A stretch of 64,000 nucleotides of DNA, taken from Diplonema japonicum (lineage: Eukaryota; Protista; Euglenozoa: Diplonemea). The position numbers and the translations under genes were made by a program. Location: the NCBI GenBank assembly GCA_964019335.1, contig OZ025690.1:489868-553867 (forward strand), read 5' to 3'. Within the stretch, counting starts at the first letter, position 1. Each line of letters opens with the position of its first letter. This document shows positions 27,001 to 36,380 of this stretch, piece after piece. The notes under the pieces are model-generated. The model worked only from the letters and a program-made list of their open reading frames with translations, made no database searches and was not told the DNA's origin.

Positions 27001-29953
27001 GGCAAGGGGCACGAAGTGCACAAGCTAGGTGATGCACCTGCTGCCGCTTCCACAGGTGCGTTGATTTGTTTCTCGCGACAGGTGCACACTTGATGAACAC
27101 CTGACTCGTCCTTGCAGCCGGGGTGCAGGTTGGTCGTACCAGGCGCATAGCAGTTTGCGTCGCACCATGACACAGCAATATTTTGCAGCGAACCCCGTGC
27201 AGTTGTCGTCCATACGAGACACTTCCCTACATCATTTTCTTGGAAGGGGTTCTCACAGTTCTGAACACAGTTTTGACCAGCCTGCTCTACGCACCTTCTG
27301 GTGCTCTTTTCATGCTCCCCACAGCATTCCATTTCAGCATAACACATTTCACTCCTTACTCTGCCTTTCATACAGTTCTGCAAGGCTTTCTTTGTGCACA
27401 GTGAACACGACACTTGAGGTTTGCGAAGAGTGCATTGCTTGTACTCCCCTATTCCCGATGAACAATAAACAGTTTCTGTTGAACCTGAACCACGCACCTC
27501 AAACCTGCCCTTGCACCCGTCCTTTACATAGAAGTGACCATCAGGTGTGAAGCCATAGGTCGTGTGGTAAGTGCAGGTCCGGCATCCAGATGTCCTTTGT
27601 ATGAGACTCACAGCGCACGTGGATGTGCTTGGGGCAGCAACAGCAGCGCAGCTCGAGCACTGGGGCATGGGTGTCCGGAGTGAACACTCCTTGTATTGAC
27701 CCCAGCTGGAACATGCAAAAGTCCTCCCGTTAACACGGAATTTAGCGCGGCAACCATCGTTCACAAAGAACTTACCATTTGGTGCGAAACCGTAACTAAC
27801 CTGATAGACGCAGTCTTGAGAGCTGTACCGCTGCTTGATCTCAGCATCACAAGAAGCGGGTGGAGTGGTCAGGCATCTTGAGCAAGAAGGCCGTCGTGGT
27901 GAAATGTCGCAAGTCGTGTACATGCTGCTCCACGAAGAGCAAGTAAAGACGTAGCCGTCTGATAGTTCGAATTCGCCTCTGCAGTTGTCATCTACGTAGA
28001 ACTTGCCGTCAGGTGTAAACCCGTAGCTTACGTGCAACACACAGTTGGCAAGCCCCTTCACAGCACGTAGTTTCACGGAGCACAAGTCGGTTTTGGTGTC
28101 GACGGGCGGGAGCGCATCAGAAGCAACAGGTGCCTGAGCAATGCAGCTATAGCCGTCTTCGATCGTGCACGAAGCACTACATCCGTCGCCATTTTGCAGG
28201 TTGCCATCATCGCACTCCTCATTCCCGTCGATGGACCCATCACCGCACGTTACAACTGTCCAGTGAAGTACCACCTTCCCATTGCCTCCGTCTTTGTCAA
28301 ACACGTCACCCCCTCGTGCCACACGCCCTGAGTAGTAAACCTCACGTGTTGCAGGCGGGGATGCACCATTACCTGACTCGACATTGCCATTGAAGGTGTA
28401 GCTGCTGCCACCACCCCCTCCACCACCCCCTCCTTGCTGCCCCGAACCGCCACCGCCACCACCTCTGTATCCAGCGCCGCCACCTCCTCCAGCACCTCCT
28501 ACGTAGACAACTTCCGTAGGTGCCTGTAGTTTGTTTGAACACTCGCAACACATACCGGAGTGTTTTGGGGCTCGTCAAGCACTCTGCATGTCCATCCGTA
28601 TCTCCGGTTGCAAGACCTCTTGCACTGCGCGTACCACCTGTTGTACTCATAGCATCTTGTGTTCCCTGCGCAGCAGTCACCCACGCGGCAACTTTGCCAT
28701 TCCCATTTTCGTCTACACGAAGTGCTTCCCGACCCTGACCCAGATGGTGAGGTAACTTGAGTATTGATAACGGCGACGCTTGTCCCTCCCACACCTCCAG
28801 CACGCCACCCTGTGCCACTTCGAATGGCAGTGTTACTTGAAGTATACCCCCCAGCACCCCCAGTGCCAATGGTGCTACCTGCGACACCGTTCCCACCCCC
28901 ACTACCAGGCAAGGTAGGAGAGGCGCCTCTCCCGTGCAACTGCGTGCCCGTTGAAGATGCGCCATCAGCACCATTTGCACCACCAGCACCTCCACGGTGG
29001 CACCTGCCAGTACGGCAGCCACCAGACCCGCCGCCACCTGCTGCGACAGCCAGAAGTTCTGTACCCCGCAGAACAGCTGTAGCCCCACCTCCAGATCCAG
29101 AGGTGCCCGAAGCCGTGCTTCCAACACCACCGGAGGCAACGATGACAGTCAGCACATCGCCTTCATTGACAGTCACACGGCTAGTTGTGTAGCCCCCAGC
29201 ACCACCCGTGGCTAGGTAAGAAAGCCACGTATCACTGCTAGCCGTGCATTGTGCCTCCTGCGCTGTGTTGAAGGCCATGGAGCTAGACACCCGTTTCCAG
29301 CACTGCCCGTTGTCTGAGTCTCCTGAGCCACCGCCCCCACCCCACAGCTTCAGGAGCACGGAAGAAACCCCAGAAGGTACCGTGAAGGTGGTTGTGCCAG
29401 AGGTGTAAACCTGCGCACGGTTGAAAGACACGGAAGGGTCTCTGTTAATAGTGGAAGGCCAGTCGTATGACATATGCACGTCATTGATACAGGCACCTAC
29501 GCCGTTAGGAGCTACATCGATGCGTGCGATAGGTGCTGTAGTCGAGAGGAAGCCAATGAGCCCGTCTGTGGTGCTGCTCGTGGTGGCGATCTTGTTCCCT
29601 TTTGAGTCATATGAGGTGAGCGCCCACCCTGAGGCGTGTGGGTCCCACAAGTCAAGAAGTACCTTTGTAACGTGAGGAGTGAAGTGCATTTTAAATGGTT
29701 CTGTTTTACTGCAGTCTGCTGCATTGTTGATACCCCACCCATCTCCCCTTAAGTTGATGTCCCCAGGCCCGTGCTCTGGTATCATCATCAACCCTTCCAA
29801 CACTCGCATCGAGCTCTGCGACTCCATCCGCACCCACTTGAAGTCCGTTGTCATCACCTTCTCACCAATGAAGGTCACTGTCTTGTCGTACGTGCCTTCC
29901 AATCTTGCTAGTGCGCATCCTAGCAGCAGCATTACCACCCCACCAGGGCCCAT
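1..29953 (-). CDS. Giant secreted multidomain Cys-rich adhesin/ECM-like protein, >9,970 aa, incomplete at the 3' end; exons 29953-28556 and 28523-<1
   Basis: ATG at 29953 starts MGPGGVVMLLLGCALA (signal peptide-like) after a poly(T) tract. Removing the GT..AG intron 28524-28555 joins ..QNTP to APTEVVYVGGAGGG. No listed minus-strand ORF between 1 and 28.5 kb uses this frame (left end = 0 mod 3), as expected if it has no stop. Spot translations near 28.2, 27.9-27.4, 26.3, 20.8, 18.5, 1.4 and 0.05 kb all give coherent domains. Not every codon was read. Confidence 0.92.
680..1600 (-). other. Two discoidin/galactose-binding-like beta-sandwich domains in the giant protein
   Basis: VITVSSDGIAW..VRHMRLTF and SLDLHGSHDVGSVSI..AYVSTDRGRTW..VTHIKLVF. 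Confidence 0.5.
5140..5660 (-). other. Two PAN/Apple-like domains inside the EGF array; others near 18400-18580 and 120-330
   Basis: TFAECQILCEGMEDCIGFSW..KCFF, SADECRKMCEETYGCSGTSW..TCQF and SALHCLTYCKANSRCQFWTW..KCYLK..ISGPKDC. Confidence 0.75.
7255..7547. repeat. 293-bp exact intragenic duplication, copy 1
   Basis: Identical base for base to 13717-14009. The offset of 6462 is a multiple of 3. Confidence 0.95.
13717..14009. repeat. 293-bp exact intragenic duplication, copy 2
   Basis: Identical to 7255-7547. It forms a GC-rich island in a ~50% GC context. Confidence 0.95.
21890..22140 (-). other. WSC-like carbohydrate-binding domain in the giant protein
   Basis: RVGCF..AKCHDTCRRSAFTHFAI..ECYCGN..CGSPC..CGG..IVAFQ. 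Confidence 0.7.
22365..22615 (-). other. Two CDDGG..C..GTDC.DCG Cys repeats in the giant protein
   Basis: CDDGGTGSGYRACKYGTDCTDCGPR and CDDGGPRSNTARCALGTDCLDCGRR. Confidence 0.75.
25760..26310 (-). other. von Willebrand factor A domain with an intact MIDAS, followed by Ig-like beta domains to ~24500
   Basis: DIGLVLDRSGSM ... SGGTNI ... VMVVMTDG ... IHTVCLG ... IAAWTGG. Confidence 0.9.
27430..28090 (-). other. Three tandem DUF3011/lectin-like beta modules in the giant protein
   Basis: CVLHVSYGFTPDGKFYVDDNCRGEF, CVYQVSYGFAPNGKFFVNDGCRAKF and CTYHTTYGFTPDGHFYVKDGCKGRF. A divergent fourth copy lies near 13310-13440 (GYLHVDTSCDAQY). Confidence 0.65.
28140..28250 (-). other. Myxococcus-type cysteine-rich repeat (DUF4215-like) in the giant protein
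   Basis: CGDGSIDGNEECDDGNLQNGDGCSASCTIEDGYSC. Confidence 0.85.
28260..29410 (-). other. Glycine-rich domain of the giant protein, interrupted by a CBM1-like module (~28622-28720)
   Basis: [61 protein letters not shown]. The insert CCAGNTRCYEYNRWYAQC resembles the CBM1 C-terminal motif C-x-x-G-x-x-C-x3-N-x-W-Y-x-Q-C. Confidence 0.7.
28524..28555 (-). other. 32-nt spliceosomal intron (phase 0) in the giant gene
   Basis: GTATGTGTTGCGAGTGTTCAAACAAACTACAG. Its removal fuses ORF 28499..30013 to the 28.5-kb open frame and restores a continuous Gly-rich domain. Confidence 0.9.
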
Positions 29954-30219
29954 TGCCAGGCCCGACTGTTTTTGGTTTTCCTTTTTTTTTTTTTTTTGGT
30001 TTGTGTAAGTCAAATGAGCGTTCCTGGAATGCAGTGCTTACATAGTATGCAGTGTGAAGGAATACAGTCTATCTAAGAAATCTAAGAGCACCCGGCATCC
30101 TACTCTTCGCGGACAACAAAATATGAGCGAGTACAATATTTTGGGGGAGGGAATATGTCTTTTTTTTTCTTCTTCTTCTTTTTTCTCCTCGTTCTTCGTT
30201 TTCTCTTAACTCCGGTGAT

Positions 30220-33200
30220 CTACATGACGGTGCATTTATCTTTTTTATTCTTAGCACGCGACTTGCTCCTTGTAGGAGTGGCACCTGTGTTTGTTGGGAG
30301 GTCTTGGAAGGGTGCGCGCTGCTTGAGCTTGGGGGAGGCGGCCTTGGAGGTGGAGGGCTTGGCTTCCTCGGGTGTGAAGAAATCCTCTACGAAGGGTGCC
30401 TGCAGCTTGACAATGCCCTGTGCCAACTCACGTGCGTTTTTCAGAGGAAGGATCTCCTCCTCAAGTTGGGGGAGCGTGCTACTAGAGGCCTGCAAGGCAG
30501 ACACAGACATTGAGAGCCTCTTCATGTTGTTGGCAGGGGACTTTGACCTGCGAGACGAAATGCATCTCTCAGCGCTGAGTGTTACCCTTTTAACCGCTCT
30601 GGGCACTTCCTTGGGACCGCAGTCCCTGATCTCGTTGAAGAGGTCCACCAGTGCTTCCACAGCAGTGTCCACTGCACCCTCCTCATCCGTGCTCGAGTAG
30701 ATGTCGTAGAAGGTGCTGCTGTGGCCCATCACAGCGTCTAGCTTAGCAGCCACCTTTGCCTCCTTCCTTTTTGCGTCCCTTATATGCGAGTCGAAGTGCA
30801 GCATCATGTTGTCGTACTCCCGCTGTTCGAACTGCAAGTACAGGCAGCTGTGCGCTTGCTTTGTGTTGATCATTTCCGTCACGCAGTACTCGCGCAGCTG
30901 CTGGTATCTCAGCTCCAGCTGCATCCCCTTTGAAGGGTTCACCCTTTCATTTTCCGACTTCTGGAGCAGCAATGTCTTTGACTGCAGTTTATCGTCCAGG
31001 TTGTCGATCTCGTCCCTCTGTTGTGCGAGGGATGTCTGTAGTCTGTTGGTCTCTCGCTTGAGCGCTGTGTTTTCCTTACTCAGTTTCAGGTGCACATCAG
31101 CATTGCTCGCAGTGTATTCGAGCAGTAAGTCCTTCCACCTCCTGAGATCTTTGTTGAGTTTCTTGTGCTTCTCAGCTGCCTTCTTCGAACTCGCCACGCG
31201 TTTGAGGGCAGCAGCCTTCTGTGTTCTCGCAGTCATCAGCTTCGCTTGCAGTGCGGCTATCGCCATCTCCGCAGCCTGTCCTGCTTTGGTCTGCTGCGTA
31301 GCATAAGAAATTTTTAGGTTCTCTGTCACAGCTGTCAAGGTCTGTTGTGTCCTTCTGCTCTGCTGTTCTTTAGACCACAGCACCCATTTCCAGAATGTGT
31401 TGCATCTGATAAGAGCCTTGCAGTGTAGCACATGCGCCACTGACGTAAGTACTTGCTTCTTCCTTGCTGCAACCTTCGCCTCCAAGAGCTCTTTAATCTC
31501 TGTGCTCTCTAAGCTCAGTTTCCCTACAGGCTTCATAATACCCTCTTTGGTAGTGTCCACAACTGTCTTGTTCTGTAGTTTGGTGCGGAGGGAGGCGTTG
31601 TCCTTCGCCATCTGCTGCTGCGTTGCGTTCAAGGACTCGATGTGCTGCTCAAGCTTCCTCTTCTCCTTTTCGTGGGCGTTGTTCACATATACCATGCTCT
31701 CGATCTTGCTGAGGAGACCTTTCTTTTCTTCGCTTGCATTCCGTTTTGCAGCAGCTGCGTACTCTCTCTGCATGGAGGTCACTTCGTGCTTGTGCAAGTC
31801 GTTTACTTTCACCTGCAGTTCGTTGATGGCTGCAATATCCGCTTCCAAACTGCTCACCTTATTCCTCAATTCAATGTTGGCCTTTTGCATCCCGGCCACT
31901 GTCTCTTGCGAGTCCCTGTTCATCATCTGCTCGAGGAGCTCTTGTTTCAGCTCGTCCACCTTGGCCACCTCCACTCTGAGCGTCGCCAGCTCCTGCTCAC
32001 TGGCTTCGTTAGCAACGGTCAAAATGTCGTGGTTCCCCTGCACTTCGACAAGTCTCTTCGTGAGCTCCTCTTTGCTGTTATTTGACTTCCGTAATGTGTT
32101 GTATGCCATTTGCAAGTCGTTCGTGAGACCCTCGATCCTGGTTGCTGAAGCTTCTTCCTGCTCGGAAAGCAGTGACCTCTGCTCGGCAAGCATTGCCCTC
32201 AGTTCGCCCGCCTCATCAAGGTGCTCTTCCAAATTGCTCGTAAGCCTGTCCTCGAGCGAAGTGACTTCTGCCATCAGCTGCGCGATTTTAGTACTATTTG
32301 CGTCCTCCACGACCAGCTCCCACTTCTGCACGAACAGAGGCGCCTTATGACGTGCATCAGTAACTGCTAACTGATGCTTCAGCTCAATGTTCTCCCGCTC
32401 GAGGCTCGACATCTTGCTTTTCATGTTCGCTGTCACGTTCACTTCTTGCTTCATGACTTTGATGTGGCGTGCTTCGCCTGCCTTTGAGTTCGTTTTGACA
32501 TCTTTCAGCACACGTTGCAAGTTGTTGAGTTCTTGGTTTTTTTTCTCTACCAACTCCTGCACATGGGTAAATTCACTTGCCTTTGCTGCTGCAGCCTCCT
32601 TTTCACTCTCCAAGGCGACGACTGTTTGCTTCAGATCCACGGTTGTATCATTCATGTTCTTGCATTTGGTTTTCAACTTCTGGTGATTGTACGTCAGCTC
32701 CTGCAGCTCTTCGATGAGTGCATCATTCTCCTCAGCCAGCTGTGTGTTGACCATGTCAGTCTCGCTGAGCCTCTGGCGTAGCTCGCCCGCCTTTACAACA
32801 GAAGCTTCTTTTTTTTTCTCTGTTTTGATTGCCAGTTTCTCATGTTTGATCACAAGCTTTTTTCTCTCCTTTTCAGAAGTTTTAAGATCGTCTTTGAGCT
32901 TCACCAGCTCTTTCGAACTCTGTGGGTCTACCACCTGCACTTTTGACGCGCTTTTAAGACAAGACACCAATTTCGGCTCCGGCTTAGGAGGCGCCTTAAG
33001 CTTCTTGATATTCGGCTTGCTGGTTGTTGCCTTCTCGCTGCGTGCCTTCAACAGTTCGTTTTCGGACTTAAGATTAATTATGTCCGACTTCATATCCTCT
33101 GCTGCAAGGGTTGTCTTCTCCCTAATTGTGTTCATCTGTCTCTTGAGCTTCTCGTTGTCCTCCCTGAGCTCCCTGATCCTCCTCACGGTAGGGTCCTCGT

Positions 33201-34287
33201 TTGTGACTGCGTTGTTGACGACGTCACGTGCCCGCGATGCGTAGCGCAGCGTGTTGAGTGTCTCGTCGATGCTGCTGCAGTGCGGGCTGATGGTCGCTAC
33301 CATTGATGTCTTGGAGTTCCCGCCCACAGAGTCAGACAAAATGAACGTCAACATGCTGTCGCGGTAAGGCGGTGCCTGGGCACCCTTCACCTTCCTGCTG
33401 ATGTCGCACAGCGAGTCGATAACCCTCCCCAACGTGGTCAGAGACAGGTTGATGTTTGTGGCCTCGGCAAAGGTCACACCCTCAGCACCACTCTTCGCTA
33501 CAACCTCGCTCCCTGCAAGGTCCACAAGGTGTAATTTCGAAGTCTTTGTGTTTTCGTGCACGCCGTACAAAACCTGATCCACCTCAGGCAGCTCCTCAGT
33601 GCTGCAGAAGTTGATGGTGAAAATAGCGTGGGATCGCGATGAGTTGGTGTTCATCTTCGTTTCTGCTGTGTGTCGTGAAGCACTGCCCTCCTGTAGAATA
33701 GACAGCAGGGTCTCAAGGTCTTCGAAGGGTTTCTGCACAAGGTTCTCGACAAAGACGCCAGATGTGGGGTGTTGTCTGACCCGCAGGCTGCTGCCGTAAC
33801 TATCCTTGCCAAGCAAGTCGTACACCTTCTCCATGTAGATCTCCATGTAGCTAGCTGTCATGGAGATAGCACTTTGCTTCGCACGTTCAGAGACTACTTT
33901 GCTTATAAGATCTTCGCACATCCTCGGGATCACGCCCCTGCTCTCGCCCTTTCCGCCGATCATTGTGTACGTCTTGCCTGTCCCAGTTTGCCCGTAGGCG
34001 AGGAGGCAGTTGTTATACCCCTTAAAGGTATTCCCCACCAAGTCGGAGCATAGCGTTTTGTATGTAAACTCTTGCGAGGCCACTGCCACGCCCTGTGGCG
34101 GGTCTTCGTCCACCGACCATAGCACGCCGTCAAAAGGGTACAATTTCTCTGTTTTGTAACCTTTGTTGGGGTTCAACACCGACACCATGTTCCTGCTATC
34201 CATGCCAACCACGGGGCGCGTGTTTCCCCTTTCTGCCTCTTGCTCGCTGAGGGGTCTCACCCTCACCGCCACTCTTACAGATGACAT
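30220..34287 (-). CDS. Kinesin with an N-terminal motor domain (kinesin-3-like) and a long coiled-coil tail, 1355 aa
   Basis: VRVAVRVRP, P-loop GQTGTGKT, LRVRQHP, switch I NSSRSH, switch II DLAGSE, PYRDSMLT and ETLNTLRYA. Confidence 0.95.
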   Translation of the reverse strand: MSSVRVAVRVRPLSEQEAERGNTRPVVGMDSRNMVSVLNPNKGYKTEKLYPFDGVLWSVDEDPPQGVAVASQEFTYKTLCSDLVGNTFKGYNNCLLAYGQTGTGKTYTMIGGKGESRGVIPRMCEDLISKVVSERAKQSAISMTASYMEIYMEKVYDLLGKDSYGSSLRVRQHPTSGVFVENLVQKPFEDLETLLSILQEGSASRHTAETKMNTNSSRSHAIFTINFCSTEELPEVDQVLYGVHENTKTSKLHLVDLAGSEVVAKSGAEGVTFAEATNINLSLTTLGRVIDSLCDISRKVKGAQAPPYRDSMLTFILSDSVGGNSKTSMVATISPHCSSIDETLNTLRYASRARDVVNNAVTNEDPTVRRIRELREDNEKLKRQMNTIREKTTLAAEDMKSDIINLKSENELLKARSEKATTSKPNIKKLKAPPKPEPKLVSCLKSASKVQVVDPQSSKELVKLKDDLKTSEKERKKLVIKHEKLAIKTEKKKEASVVKAGELRQRLSETDMVNTQLAEENDALIEELQELTYNHQKLKTKCKNMNDTTVDLKQTVVALESEKEAAAAKASEFTHVQELVEKKNQELNNLQRVLKDVKTNSKAGEARHIKVMKQEVNVTANMKSKMSSLERENIELKHQLAVTDARHKAPLFVQKWELVVEDANSTKIAQLMAEVTSLEDRLTSNLEEHLDEAGELRAMLAEQRSLLSEQEEASATRIEGLTNDLQMAYNTLRKSNNSKEELTKRLVEVQGNHDILTVANEASEQELATLRVEVAKVDELKQELLEQMMNRDSQETVAGMQKANIELRNKVSSLEADIAAINELQVKVNDLHKHEVTSMQREYAAAAKRNASEEKKGLLSKIESMVYVNNAHEKEKRKLEQHIESLNATQQQMAKDNASLRTKLQNKTVVDTTKEGIMKPVGKLSLESTEIKELLEAKVAARKKQVLTSVAHVLHCKALIRCNTFWKWVLWSKEQQSRRTQQTLTAVTENLKISYATQQTKAGQAAEMAIAALQAKLMTARTQKAAALKRVASSKKAAEKHKKLNKDLRRWKDLLLEYTASNADVHLKLSKENTALKRETNRLQTSLAQQRDEIDNLDDKLQSKTLLLQKSENERVNPSKGMQLELRYQQLREYCVTEMINTKQAHSCLYLQFEQREYDNMMLHFDSHIRDAKRKEAKVAAKLDAVMGHSSTFYDIYSSTDEEGAVDTAVEALVDLFNEIRDCGPKEVPRAVKRVTLSAERCISSRRSKSPANNMKRLSMSVSALQASSSTLPQLEEEILPLKNARELAQGIVKLQAPFVEDFFTPEEAKPSTSKAASPKLKQRAPFQDLPTNTGATPTRSKSRAKNKKDKCTVM

Positions 34288-34347
34288 TTTAACCTTAAGT
34301 GAGATGAGTTGTTTTTGAACAAAACAGTGACATGAACTGATGACGCA

Positions 34348-35984
34348 CTACCGTGCCCAGTTGATAGCGCTCTGGAGAATGCGTTTTTGGCCTACCCTGT
34401 ACACCAAGGCCATCTCCAAGTGTGATGTAGACAGCACCTGTGTGCGCGTGCCTTGTGTTAGTGTTTGCAGCATACCTCTGTGTGTGACCTTGTTTCCTGT
34501 GCGCTCCGCACCCGCTGTAAGATTAGCATGTCGTCCTCCAGAGAAGTGGGGTACTCTCCGAGAAGCTGCTCCACGAGCCAGATGAATGTTTCCTTCGCCG
34601 CCTCTTCGTTTTCGTTGCTCACAGGCCCCTTGATGCACTGAGAGTTCTTCGTGCAGGCGGCTATCGTGTCAAGCGAGTCAGCAACAACAACACGTAGCAC
34701 TGCCATGAGGTAGTGGTAGGGGTGCTCGGTGTCTTTTTCCACGTAATGCAGCAAGTGCGGTGTGGGGATATGCAGCGCCTCTACCGCCATCTGCTTCGCT
34801 TCGTACAGCTCATCATCTTCATCCAGCTCCACTTCCACCACACACGTCTCAATGGCGTTCTTCTCCTCAGCAAAGCCGTAAGACATGAGGAGCTCCGAGT
34901 TCTGCATCGGTCCGTAGTTCATCCGTGCCTGGGTCCCTTTCTTCGATGTGCCAAGAGACTCCAGTAGCATACACTGCGTCTCGGTGTCGAACCTCCTGAA
35001 CGAGACATGGCCCACTTTGCTTGTGTGGTTGATGTACTCCGCCCATGGGATCAGAGTTGTGAGCTGCTTTCCTTCCAAATTGATGACGAAGCCCCTCGAG
35101 TCAAAGACAGCACGGGCCCACAGCATGTGATTGAATGTAAAAACAGCTGCTGGGAAAAGAGTAGGGTATGCCTCTGTGAGTCGCGGGAAGAGGTCATCGT
35201 AGACAGAGCGCAGGTGCTCCTTCTGCGAAAGTGCCTCGGGCAGCAGCCGCGAACCGTTAAGCTCTGACAGTTCTGCGTCATCCCAGAAGAAGAGAGTGGA
35301 GTACTTTTCCGGCAGGAGGGAAACGAAGGCTTCCCACTTTCCGGGGCCTCCGAATTTTTCATGCATGAGGAACAAGATGAGTCTTGTGTCGTCGTCCAGC
35401 TGCAGAGCATCGAAGGCCGGGCACAGAGTGGACTCTGTCACTTGCTCAGCGTTGAAGAGGAGCTTCCTAGGGACGGACACGATGGGCTCTGGGTGGTGCA
35501 CATCTCTTGTGAAAACAAGCCCCCTACCTGTGGTCTGTGGGTAATTCGCGGGGGACACTGCCATCTCTCTCATGCCGCCTTTGGCAAGGAACTCCCGCAA
35601 CTTTACGTACTTCTCGTTATTGATCTCCTCACACACGGGGTCCTCTTCCTCTTCGTACATCCGTTCGCACTTCTTCCTCAAATCTGCTTCCAGAGATTTT
35701 AGATTCATTTTCTTCACGGCTGTCTCCAGCATTCTGACTGCTTTCAACTCGTTCCAGTGGCTCACGTAACCCACCTCCTTTGTCACTAAAGGGTTCCACT
35801 TGTACATCTCGATCTCATCCATGCACAGCATACGTGCCCTGTACAGGGCCTCCATGGGAACTCCGTCCCCTTCGTTCAGGAGGTACTCCTCAGGGTACCC
35901 AGTTACTTTTAGTAGCCGTGTTTTGCTCTCCCTCATTTCTGCCGGGTCCAGATGGGAGACCGGCAGCTGCAATGCCCCTGACAT
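34348..35984 (-). CDS. SET-domain protein lysine methyltransferase (Rubisco LSMT/SETD3-like); exons 35984-34476 and 34437-34348
   Basis: GRGLV, WARAVFDSRGF, LIPWAEYINH and NYGPMQNSELLMSYGF. Splicing restores the LSMT-type C-terminus YPTSLEDD..MALVYRVGQKRILQ. Confidence 0.9.
34438..34475 (-). other. 38-nt intron in the SET gene
   Basis: GTATGCTGCAAACACTAACACAAGGCACGCGCACACAG, with an ACTAAC branch motif. Removal restores the conserved C-terminus. Confidence 0.9.
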
Positions 35985-36380
35985 CTTGTAGTACCTGACT
36001 ATGATGGATTAAAGGTTGCAGGTTGAAGAAACAAAGAAACACATGAAACACTTTTTAAAAGGATGGCGCCGGGGCCAGTAATCATTTTTTTACCTTTCAG
36101 GTTCCTTTTCTTTTTTTTTTTCAGCAGAAAAATAGGCATCGTGATGGCGGAGTATGCTTGGCACTCAGAAAGAAAAGGAGGAAAAGCCACTATGATGGGG
36201 GGAGCGCTGGCAGCAACACCCCCTCCAAAAAAATAATCATAAACTGCTACGGCAGCGCACACTGCCTTTTGTAGACACTCTGGGGTACAGGGCAGCAATG
36301 TTGCGATAAAGTCGGAAGCCAAATGATAATCAAGGAAGCTAGAGGAGCCGCACAAATACGTACAGGTCGCTGCATCACTT

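Noticed and set aside
38-28495. Well over a hundred short ORFs on both strands
   Set aside because: They are off-frame or antisense shadows of the Cys-rich giant frame and show no independent motifs.
28499-30013. Stand-alone 504-aa gene as listed in the ORF track
   Set aside because: It is exon 1 of the giant gene read through the 32-nt intron. Its TTG-initiated N-terminal extension is a translated poly(T) tract.
30155-33244. Long plus-strand ORFs opposite the kinesin, and similar ones opposite the 4,090-aa gene
   Set aside because: They are antisense reflections of coiled-coil and Ser/Thr-biased codons.
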